Positions 1 to 6,904 of a stretch of DNA of 64,000 nucleotides are shown here, piece by piece. Made by a program: the position numbers and the translations under genes. Each line of letters begins with the position of its first letter. The first letter of the stretch is position 1. This DNA is from an uncultured virus (IMG/VR IMGVR_UViG_3300042691_011955) (taxonomy: Duplodnaviria > Heunggongvirae > Uroviricota > Caudoviricetes). The notes beneath the pieces are model-generated. The model ran no database searches. It was given only the letters and a program-made list of their open reading frames with translations, and was not told the DNA's origin. The stretch lies in IMG/VR virus record IMGVR_UViG_3300042691_011955. One strand, given 5' to 3'.

Positions 1-76
1 CGAAAAGGCTTATGAAAAGGAAGACGAAGCTATGATGATTCGTCTAATTAAAATCCGTCAATCACTTTGGACATGA
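1..76 (+). CDS. 3' end of hypothetical phage protein (truncated by window edge)
   Basis: Frame reads ...EKAYEKEDEAMMIRLIKIRQSLWT-stop; TGA overlaps the next ATG (ATGA). Confidence 0.6.
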   Translation, partial: EKAYEKEDEAMMIRLIKIRQSLWT

Positions 77-831
77 ATATGACATCAGTAACACAGCTTG
101 GACAGATACTAGCACAAATTAAACCAGCGCAATACACCTGGTTAGATGATTTTGAAGTTAAGACTGAAGATCAAGAAAAGACGTTTGATGCACCATTCGA
201 TGTGTTAGCCTCTATTATTTCTGCTATTGACGCAGACGCACCACTTTGGGAAATTGGAGAAGCTTGGAAATCTCTTAAGTATTCGAAAGGATTCGATGGC
301 CTAAAGGTAACTGCTCCTAACGATTTTCAAATTCAGCGAGCAAATCAGATTCGCAAGTATTACAGGAATAAACTTACTATTCTAGCATTGAAGTCGCAGA
401 GTATGAGTAACTTTAGAGTAGATCTGCAAGAGCTGTTAAGCATGGATCCAACAAAATTAAAATTAAAGTTTTTGCCTATGATGATTCGCTTGCCTTCTTT
501 TTATAAAGAAGATACTATAATAGATAATCTAAAGAAAACTACAGTAGTGCCCATGCATAATCGTGCTCGACCCGAAAAGGAATCTAGGACATTGACATTT
601 GTAGATAAGATTCATCGCAAAACTAAAAATCAAGATCTAAATTGGTACTGGTTTGTAAATGAACAAAATGTACTGCATCGTTTGAGCGTAGACGGCAAAA
701 ACAAACTAAGTCATATTCTTGAAAAGTTTCTAGATAAACCTGTAACCATTGAGGCAAATTATCCTGTTCAGACTGTGCGAGGAACTGATCTTAGTTTCTT
801 CAGTGTTGAAGGTGACTGGAAATTGTTATGA
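73..831 (+). CDS. hypothetical protein
   Basis: Long ORF; ATG at 73 overlaps upstream stop. Confidence 0.7.
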   Translation: MNMTSVTQLGQILAQIKPAQYTWLDDFEVKTEDQEKTFDAPFDVLASIISAIDADAPLWEIGEAWKSLKYSKGFDGLKVTAPNDFQIQRANQIRKYYRNKLTILALKSQSMSNFRVDLQELLSMDPTKLKLKFLPMMIRLPSFYKEDTIIDNLKKTTVVPMHNRARPEKESRTLTFVDKIHRKTKNQDLNWYWFVNEQNVLHRLSVDGKNKLSHILEKFLDKPVTIEANYPVQTVRGTDLSFFSVEGDWKLL

Positions 832-1049
832 ATCGAGATGTAAGAACTCTAGTAGATCTTGCTATGGAAGTTGAAATGGAAGATCCTATTGACTGGGGCA
901 TGTTAGCTATTAGTGAACATGATGCTTATGAACTTATGGCTTCCCATGTACTTGAGATGAATAATGATAACTTGACAAACAAGGCTATTATTGTTAAACT
1001 ACTAGTAGAGAATTTTGTACTAAATCTCAAACTAATGGAATTAAGATAA
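828..1049 (+). CDS. hypothetical protein
   Basis: 73-aa ORF overlapping both neighbours. Confidence 0.65.
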   Translation: MNRDVRTLVDLAMEVEMEDPIDWGMLAISEHDAYELMASHVLEMNNDNLTNKAIIVKLLVENFVLNLKLMELR

Positions 1050-1291
1050 TGACAGTTAAAAAAACATACGCAGATACTGTTGATCTGCACTGCACGGATA
1101 AAAATGAAATAGTGCCAGCTGAAATCCTAGAATTTCGCCCAGGCATGCTTATTAGTGTAAGTATACAAAGAAAAATTAAAATGATACTTAAATTTAATCA
1201 TCGAGGCAATAACTATGTTGGCTCGATGGCAGGTCTTGAGTTTACTACTGCTGGCCCAAAAGAAACTATTACTTACGAAGGAAGAAGATAA
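1049..1291 (+). CDS. hypothetical protein
   Basis: 80-aa ORF with TAATG coupling at both ends. Confidence 0.65.
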   Translation: MTVKKTYADTVDLHCTDKNEIVPAEILEFRPGMLISVSIQRKIKMILKFNHRGNNYVGSMAGLEFTTAGPKETITYEGRR

Positions 1292-1908
1292 TGCCACTAA
1301 TCCCAATGGTTGTTGAACAAGAGACTCGCGGCGAGCGTTCATATGATATTTACAGCCGCTTGCTCAAAGATCGAATTGTTATGCTCAACGGCCCTGTAGA
1401 AGATAATATGGCTAATGTAATTGTAGCACAGTTATTATTTTTAGAAGCAGAGAATCCAGACAAAGACATTAACCTATATATTAATTCGCCTGGCGGTGCA
1501 GTTACCGCAGGACTAGCTATCTACGACACAATGCAGTACATCAAATGTGATATTCGTACTATTGTCATGGGTCAGGCATGTTCAATGGGCTCGTTCCTAG
1601 CACAAGCAGGCACGGCAGGTAAGCGAGTAGTACTGCCTGAAAGCCGTACTATGATACATCGAGTTAGTTCAGGTACTCCTGGAACACGTGGTTCAGTTCA
1701 TGTACAAGAACTTCAATTTGAAGATGCTATTCGTTCAATGGAAGAAAGTAAAAAACTCAACAAGCGATTAACCGAGCTGTATGTCAAACACAACACCAAA
1801 GGCAAACAATACGATGAGCTTTTTGAAACAATGAAATTTGATACTTTCTTAAATGCACAAGAAGCGGTTGATTACGGTTTAGCAGATAAAGTTGTAGAGA
1901 AACGATAA
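1291..1908 (+). CDS. clpP: ATP-dependent Clp protease proteolytic subunit
   Basis: [39 protein letters not shown] (catalytic Ser), MIH (catalytic His). Confidence 0.97.
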   Translation: MPLIPMVVEQETRGERSYDIYSRLLKDRIVMLNGPVEDNMANVIVAQLLFLEAENPDKDINLYINSPGGAVTAGLAIYDTMQYIKCDIRTIVMGQACSMGSFLAQAGTAGKRVVLPESRTMIHRVSSGTPGTRGSVHVQELQFEDAIRSMEESKKLNKRLTELYVKHNTKGKQYDELFETMKFDTFLNAQEAVDYGLADKVVEKR

Positions 1909-2096
1909 TGAGTGACGGAGGAAAAGGCAGTGCAAGAAGAAAAGGCGCAGATGATGCAAAATACAGCAGTGGATGGGACCGAATCTACGGTACAAGATAC
2001 AATGGCGGCACTAAAAGGGATCCCAACAGAGGAAGCCCTGACCCAGATGCTCAAAGAACAGATCCTAAGAGTGACGTTCCTCAAACTAGACGGTGA
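1908..2096 (+). CDS. small protein (MSDGGKGS...WDRIYG), overlapping the next ORF
   Basis: ATG coupled to clpP stop; N-terminus resembles small phage proteins recalled from memory. Confidence 0.4.
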   Translation: MSDGGKGSARRKGADDAKYSSGWDRIYGTRYNGGTKRDPNRGSPDPDAQRTDPKSDVPQTRR

Positions 2097-2289
2097 TCAA
2101 AGAATTATGACCTGTACAAAAAGTTTGAATTATATTCCAGAAAAGTCACGTCCATCCAACAGTTCAAAGCCAAGCAAGCCTGGCACAATCAATGTTTGGG
2201 ACATAGACGCTGACAACTGGCGTAGTTTTCGATATGATCGAGTTCAAGCAGTTGAACTTAACATTTCAAACATACAAGAGGTTGGTTGA
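1912..2289 (+). CDS. WYL_2/SH3-like fold protein; start uncertain
   Basis: VTFLKLDGDQRIMTCT and VWDIDADNWRSFRYDRV motifs. Confidence 0.75.
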   Translation: MTEEKAVQEEKAQMMQNTAVDGTESTVQDTMAALKGIPTEEALTQMLKEQILRVTFLKLDGDQRIMTCTKSLNYIPEKSRPSNSSKPSKPGTINVWDIDADNWRSFRYDRVQAVELNISNIQEVG

Positions 2290-2314
2290 CAAATCTCCGT
2301 TTTGAGCCTATTAT
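2286..2314 (+). promoter_or_regulatory. sigma70-type promoter for leader 1
   Basis: TTGACA-17-TATTAT; late-type ATAAATA also at 2338-2344. Confidence 0.65.
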
Positions 2315-2349
2315 AAGGTAGTTTTTTAGAACTGGGATAAATAAAATAT

Positions 2350-2466
2350 ATGAAAAAGGAAATGCTTTCAATGCTATTCGTAACACTATCCCCCGTAGCG
2401 TCAACAACACTTGGATCAGAGAATCCAGGCAGTGACGCCACCATGACTAGGGTTATGAAGTTGTAA
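2350..2466 (+). CDS. putative attenuator leader peptide 1 (MKKEMLSMLFVTLSPVASTTLGSENPGSDATMTRVMKL)
   Basis: Short ORF between promoter and terminator; codons 11-31 use only amino acids whose tRNAs are in cluster 1. Confidence 0.7.
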   Translation: MKKEMLSMLFVTLSPVASTTLGSENPGSDATMTRVMKL

Positions 2467-2485
2467 GTAAGCACTAACAAACTTT

Positions 2486-2517
2486 AAAAACCCTGGACTA
2501 AACACCCAGGGTTTTTT
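2486..2517 (+). terminator. intrinsic terminator of attenuator 1
   Basis: AAAAACCCTGG...CCAGGGTTTTTT; its 5' arm can instead pair with 2447-2468 (antiterminator). Confidence 0.85.
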
Positions 2518-2543
2518 GTTGCGTAAAAACAACAAAAAAACAG

Positions 2544-2572
2544 TTGACAGGCAAGCAATAAGGCAATACAAT
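2544..2572 (+). promoter_or_regulatory. sigma70 promoter P1 of tRNA cluster 1
   Basis: TTGACA-17-TACAAT. Confidence 0.75.
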
Positions 2573-2636
2573 AGACACTTACTTAAACAACAAAGCGGCT
2601 GCAGAGTTGTTCAAGTAAAAAGATTTTAAAAAGTAG

Positions 2637-2665
2637 TTGACACAGAACTTTTTCGGTGTTATACT
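2637..2665 (+). promoter_or_regulatory. sigma70 promoter P2 of tRNA cluster 1
   Basis: TTGACA-17-TATACT with extended -10 TGn. Confidence 0.8.
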
Positions 2666-2667
2666 AC

Positions 2668-2702
2668 GTAAACTGTAACAAGTTTACAAACGTTCTTTAA
2701 AA
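2668..2702 (+). promoter_or_regulatory. rrn-like boxB/boxA antitermination site
   Basis: Hairpin GTAAACT/AGTTTAC followed by CGTTCTTTAAAA (rrn boxA consensus TGCTCTTTAACA). Confidence 0.6.
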
Positions 2703-2772
2703 AGTTGAATACGGAAACAGATTAATCTGTTTTCATCTGTGTACAAAAGTGTACAGTTGAAAGCAGATTTAT

Positions 2773-2848
2773 TCCTCAGTAGCACAGCGGTAGTTGCACT
2801 TGACTGTTAATCAAGGTGTCCGTGGTTCGATCCCACGCTGAGGAGCCA
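2773..2848 (+). tRNA. tRNA-Asn(GTT)
   Basis: Cloverleaf, loop CT-GTT-AA, TTCGA T-loop, CCA. Confidence 0.95.
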
Positions 2849-2853
2849 ATTTA

Positions 2854-2943
2854 GGAGCGTGGGCCGGATGGTAAGGCAGCGGTTTGCTAAACCGTAGATC
2901 ACGTAAAAAGGGTCACAGGGTTCGACTCCCTGACGCTCCGCCA
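2854..2943 (+). tRNA. tRNA-Ser(GCT)
   Basis: Cloverleaf with long variable arm, TT-GCT-AA, GCCA end. Confidence 0.95.
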
Positions 2944-2951
2944 AATTAAAT

Positions 2952-3026
2952 GCACGATTCGTCTATCGGTTAGGACGCTGCCCTTTCAAGGCGGAAAGAC
3001 GAGTTCGATTCTCGTATCGTGTACCA
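2952..3026 (+). tRNA. tRNA-Glu(TTC)
   Basis: Cloverleaf, CT-TTC-AA, CCA. Confidence 0.95.
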
Positions 3027-3031
3027 AGTTT

Positions 3032-3276
3032 TTTAGTAAGTTGTTTAAGGTTACCTAGTCCGCTAGGGGTGAACGAAAAGGTGATTGCGTAGCAGAAATG
3101 CTCGGCCTTGATACCCATGAAGCAGGAGGGTTCTAGAGTATGACGAGACACCATCGAGTCAAAGGGCAAGAACTATTCCAAACTCCAGGAAGGCGGCGGA
3201 ACTACTAGGCCTGTAATGAGGTCTTGACGCAAGTTGGTGATGCGTGTCAAGAACTTCCTCAAACAATTTATTAAAG
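3032..3276 (+). ncRNA. unknown ~245-nt structured RNA
   Basis: Ends pair (TTTAGTAAGTTGTTTAAGG / CCTCAAACAATTTATTAAA); internal hairpins include AGCA-GAAA-TGCT and CCTAG/CTAGG. Confidence 0.6.
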
Positions 3277-3281
3277 ATTTT

Positions 3282-3358
3282 GCACCGTTAGCTCAGTTGG
3301 TTAGATCGCTTGCCTGTCACGCAAGAGGCCAGGGGTTCGAGTCCCCTACGGTGCGCCA
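3282..3358 (+). tRNA. tRNA-Asp(GTC)
   Basis: Cloverleaf, CT-GTC-AC, CCA. Confidence 0.95.
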
Positions 3359-3364
3359 TATTAG

Positions 3365-3392
3365 TTGACTTTGATTGTAAAGAGTGTACAAT
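3365..3392 (+). promoter_or_regulatory. internal sigma70-type promoter
   Basis: TTGACT-16-TACAAT. Confidence 0.5.
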
Positions 3393-3411
3393 TAAAATAT
3401 AGAAAGTTTTT

Positions 3412-3485
3412 GCCCTTATAGTTAAATGGTATAACGACGGTTTTGTAATCCGTAGTTTGCAGTTCGATTCTGTGTAGGGGCACCA
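3412..3485 (+). tRNA. tRNA-Thr(TGT)
   Basis: Cloverleaf, TT-TGT-AA, CCA. Confidence 0.93.
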
Positions 3486-3499
3486 AAGTGTTAGTTTTT

Positions 3500-3583
3500 G
3501 CCCCGGTGGTGTAATGGTAGCCACGCTGGTCTTAGAAGCCAGTGCCGCAAGGCGTGTCGGTTCGAGTCCGACCTGGGGCACCA
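3500..3583 (+). tRNA. tRNA-Leu(TAG)
   Basis: Cloverleaf with variable arm, CT-TAG-AA, CCA. Confidence 0.95.
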
Positions 3584-3593
3584 ATGTTAGTAA

Positions 3594-3667
3594 GCGGGAT
3601 TAGTTTAATGGTAAAACAGCAGATTTCCAATCTTCGGTCATCAGTTCGATTCTGATATCCCGCTCCA
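3594..3667 (+). tRNA. tRNA-Gly(TCC)
   Basis: GCGGG start, TT-TCC-AA, TCCA end. Confidence 0.93.
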
Positions 3668-3683
3668 ATTTTAAAAGGTAGAT

Positions 3684-3908
3684 ATGAAAGCAAAAACTTT
3701 AAGTCGTGGTCCAACTATTGATACTAATAAATGTGTTGAAAATGTTGGTGGTAGATTTGATCTAGTATTAATTGCTTCAGTTAGAGCTAGAGAAATAGCA
3801 AGGAAACACAGGAACGACGAAATGTCTACCCAAGTTAATGCGCCAGTTTCTGCACTGCTTGAAATTCAAGAAGGCAAAATTGGTAGAGAGTATCTAAGAA
3901 AAGTATAA
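3684..3908 (+). CDS. rpoZ: RNA polymerase omega subunit homologue
   Basis: VENVGGRFDLVLIASVRAREI...ALLEIQEGKI matches the omega core motifs. Confidence 0.88.
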   Translation: MKAKTLSRGPTIDTNKCVENVGGRFDLVLIASVRAREIARKHRNDEMSTQVNAPVSALLEIQEGKIGREYLRKV

Positions 3909-3909
3909 T

Positions 3910-3987
3910 CGGAGTGTGGCGCAGTCTGGCTAGCGCACCTGGTTTGGGACCAGGGGGTCCAAGGTTCGAATCCTTGTACTCCGACCA
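3910..3987 (+). tRNA. tRNA-Pro(TGG)
   Basis: CGG start, TT-TGG-GA, CCA. Confidence 0.95.
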
Positions 3988-3993
3988 TTTTTT

Positions 3994-4068
3994 GGGCTGT
4001 TAGTGATAATGGGAGCACGGGGCCTTTGCAAGGCTTAGGTCGGGGTTCGATCCCCCGACGGTCCACCA
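3994..4068 (+). tRNA. tRNA-Ala(TGC)
   Basis: G3:U70 pair, TT-TGC-AA, CCA. Confidence 0.95.
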
Positions 4069-4073
4069 AATAT

Positions 4074-4147
4074 GCGGGTATGATGTAATGGTAACCTGAA
4101 ACCTTGCCAAGGTTTATTCGCGAGTTCGATTCTCGCTACCCGCTCCA
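4074..4147 (+). tRNA. tRNA-Gly(GCC)
   Basis: GCGGG start, TT-GCC-AA, TCCA end. Confidence 0.93.
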
Positions 4148-4176
4148 AATGTTTTAGAAATATTTTTAAAAAGATG

Positions 4177-4205
4177 TTGACAAGACAGTAAAAATTTGCT
4201 AAAAT
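4177..4205 (+). promoter_or_regulatory. sigma70 promoter for the large ncRNA
   Basis: TTGACA-17-TAAAAT with TGn extension. Confidence 0.75.
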
Positions 4206-4212
4206 AGACACA

Positions 4213-5105
4213 TGTTAAGAATTTAAGGGTGGTTTATCATCCTGTAGGCGGCTTGCCGTTTACAAAGAATAAGTGTGGCGACACACCCAAAGCTAGAATG
4301 CCTACATACTAGCGCCAGCAATGGTTCACGTAAACAAGCCTGCTCACTACCGCGAGGTAGCGTTCACTCATAAGACCGGTGGATGTAACAGCAAAGCTGA
4401 TGTATGGGAAAGAACATTGTTCGACGTGCCGCAAGGAACACGGGGCAGTGAAAAGTAACAGGTGGTGCTGACTTCCATATAAAACCAATCAGTTAGTTGG
4501 TATGAGAAAGGGTAGTGTACTTGTTCGAGGGGTCGCACCTAAGAGCTCGTATACAATGTAAATGGTTAGTGGGCTGTAGTAATACAGTACACCGATCGTG
4601 AAACATCACTGAGTAGCTCGCGAGGCAAAAGGTATGTGGTGAGTTGTATTTTGTATTCCAAAAGAGTATGAAGCAACTGAGGCAGCTCATCGCGGTAGGT
4701 TAATGTAGATCAATGGTAGATCATCTTCCTGTTAAGAAGAATGCTGTCGGTTCAAATCCGATCATTTAAACAAAAATGCAAAGACTGCCTCGGTCGTATG
4801 TGAAAAGTATCTAATACTTGAGTGGTAACACAATCAAGTCTAATGAAGCTCGCAAGGTAACATTAGTTTATACTGGAAGTTTCGTAGGGTGTTAGCGCAC
4901 TCGAATAGCTCGCAAGGTTAACGGAATAGATGGTGTAGAATAGCATATGGCGTCAAGTCTACTGCCTGACTTAAAACGGCGATACTGTAAGCAGACTAGG
5001 TTACATAGTGATATGGACTTAGTGGATGTCTAGAGAACGTATACTCGCAAGGTGTACGGTAATGCTAGAGGTGCTTATGGTTAAGATGTAATCTCAGTCT
5101 TAACA
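4213..5105 (+). ncRNA. giant structured ncRNA, GOLLD-like
   Basis: ~890 nt with no credible ORF, many GCAA/GCGA-tetraloop hairpins, tRNA-cluster context, embedded tRNA-like domain. Confidence 0.75.
4699..4770 (+). other. tRNA-Asn(GTT)-like domain inside the large ncRNA
   Basis: D arm GATC/GATC, anticodon arm TCTTC-CTGTTAA-GAAGA, T arm GTCGG-TTCAAAT-CCGAT; only 4-bp acceptor stem, no CCA. Confidence 0.75.
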
Positions 5106-5180
5106 CTATTCTAAAACACATTACCACAAACAGCAATTAGAGCTGGTTGTATAACAATGTCGTAGTGTGTTTCAGAATAG
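5106..5180 (+). ncRNA. long-stem-enclosed small RNA
   Basis: CTATTCTAAAACACATTAC pairs with GTAGTGTGTTTCAGAATAG; inner CAGC-AATTAGA-GCTG hairpin. Confidence 0.55.
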
Positions 5181-5188
5181 CAGAAATG

Positions 5189-5424
5189 TTATGCACATGA
5201 CAATTCGTTGTCAGCAAGAGAATGTCACGCTATAAAGGTTTCTTCGAAGGACTGATATAGTAGAAGGGGACGGGTTCAACTCCCGGCTGATCGGAAGATC
5301 GGCGCAGATTGGTTGCTAACTGGACTAGTATCCCAAGTGACGTACCGAGTCCCGCTCGAGCTTGTTAATTCGGGTGAATGGTGCTTATAACGATGGAAGT
5401 ACTAATGAGTTGTCAGCTGTATAA
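5189..5424 (+). ncRNA. unknown ~235-nt structured RNA
   Basis: Terminal helix TTATGCA..TGACAATTCGTT / AATGAGTTGTCA..TGTATAA; several internal hairpins. Confidence 0.6.
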
Positions 5425-5432
5425 TATTTTGA

Positions 5433-5511
5433 AGCGGAGTAGAGGAGTCCAGTCGTCCTCGCTAGTCTCATAAGCTAGAGATCGCAGGTGCGAATCCTGC
5501 CTCCGCAACCA
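5433..5511 (+). tRNA. tRNA-Met(CAT), initiator-like, atypical
   Basis: CT-CAT-AA loop, 1:72 mismatch, AACCA end; T-loop TGCGAAT. Confidence 0.85.
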
Positions 5512-5525
5512 GTTTTATTTTCAAA

Positions 5526-5615
5526 GGAAGCGTGGCAGAGCCCGGCTTATTGCGTTAGTCTTGAAAACTAAAGACTCGAAAGGGTCCGTGAGTTCGAATC
5601 TCACCGCTTCCGCCA
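5526..5615 (+). tRNA. tRNA-Ser(TGA)
   Basis: Long variable arm, CT-TGA-AA, GCCA end. Confidence 0.95.
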
Positions 5616-5630
5616 GACATTAAAAAATAC

Positions 5631-5659
5631 TTGACAAGTAGACACAAATCATATACAAT
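5631..5659 (+). promoter_or_regulatory. sigma70 promoter
   Basis: TTGACA-17-TACAAT. Confidence 0.75.
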
Positions 5660-5685
5660 TAACACATAGAGAAAAGGACACAAAC

Positions 5686-6258
5686 ATGGAACTTACACTT
5701 CGTAAAGCAAGCGCACTTCAGAACAGCATCAACGATACTGTTAAAAGTATCACGTTGACACAAACAATTCGCATCAACGAGTTCCAAGAGGCTGAAGCTG
5801 AAATATCTAAGGCTGCTCAGGAATTTAACAGCAATGTGTTTCGTCGTGTAGCACTGACAGATGTGCTGTACGAAATTCGCAAGGCAGTGAGCCGTGCAAA
5901 TGCACAAGCAGGTGTCAATGAAAAGTTGGCAGACTTGGCTCAGCTTGAGAAAGATATCCAATTCTTTTCAGGTCTAACAGCTCATGACGTTCGTGAGTCT
6001 GCTCAAGTCATTGAGGGCAAGTTGAATAAAATTCGGAACCGCAAAGAAGACACTCGTGCAAGTTTGTACGGCCACAGTGATGAAGTTAGTACTTCTGTAT
6101 TGACTCGCAAAGATGTAGATACATTCCGTGCAAAAGTAGCAGAAGCCAAAAAGGCCAAGCAGAAATTGCAGGACGAGCTCTTAGAGCTTAATGTTCGTAC
6201 AACTATTGCCCTAAGTGGTAAGGCTGTGGACATTCTTAAGCACGAAGAATTGATCTAA
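5686..6258 (+). CDS. helical/coiled-coil hypothetical protein (reminiscent of the DIP1984 family)
   Basis: 190 aa, AAGGA RBS, own promoter; family resemblance from memory only. Confidence 0.7.
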   Translation: MELTLRKASALQNSINDTVKSITLTQTIRINEFQEAEAEISKAAQEFNSNVFRRVALTDVLYEIRKAVSRANAQAGVNEKLADLAQLEKDIQFFSGLTAHDVRESAQVIEGKLNKIRNRKEDTRASLYGHSDEVSTSVLTRKDVDTFRAKVAEAKKAKQKLQDELLELNVRTTIALSGKAVDILKHEELI

Positions 6259-6261
6259 GGA

Positions 6262-6870
6262 AAACCCGGGCTCCCTTGCCCGTTATACACAGGGGGTGGG
6301 GCAGTCACCATAAAGAGTGCTAGGCGTGTAGTGCATTGGCCTTCCGATCCCGTGTAGGGAATCCGGGGACGCATTAGGTGAGGTTTAGCACCTTTCCAAA
6401 AGAATAAATGTTATGGACAGAGTAACCGCTCAGTCTAGGGCTCATGTGGTGTGAGTAGCTAGACACTTTATAAATGCTCTTTGAAGTTTAACTACACTTG
6501 AGAACACCAGTAGGTACTAAGTCGACTAACTGCTGAACGTGCAAGGAAGATACGGAGTTAAACAGTTTGGTTCGATTCCAACAGAGAGCACCTATAAGGT
6601 TTTGGTAGTATGCTGGTAACAGTAAACTACCCGGAAGAAGGCGAGAGATGAGGATGAACACCGTTATCGCTTCATGCGATGACTCCAATACTGGCAATCA
6701 GTCTTGAAAACTGATCGTGTTTGTATGCCCCGAATCTATCGAACTTGTGATTTGCTGTTCGGAAATACGCAAGCCACTGTGCTTTGCATATTGTAATTTG
6801 CTTAGGGCCTAGAGTAACCTCAGCCCGTTTGCACCTTGCACAGTTCATTACTTACTTGCTAACTTTCGTT
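6262..6870 (+). ncRNA. ~600-nt structured non-coding region with several modules
   Basis: No credible ORF; pseudoknot, hairpins, tRNA-like module, isolated anticodon loop, TTG-rich repeats, T-tract end. Confidence 0.55.
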
Positions 6871-6904
6871 TTTTTATAAGTAATCTTACAAAGGAGACAA
6901 ACTT

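Noticed and set aside
2963..4690. Minus-strand ORFs 2963-3169, 3288-3584, 3532-3714, 3866-4069 and 4493-4690
   Set aside because: Antisense shadows of tRNA and ncRNA genes
4213..5105. rRNA fragment, group I/II intron or RNase P RNA
   Set aside because: No recognisable rRNA, intron core or RNase P P4 signatures; it does not interrupt a gene
6476..6592. tmRNA
   Set aside because: Too short; no G3:U70 pair, tag frame or encoded CCA
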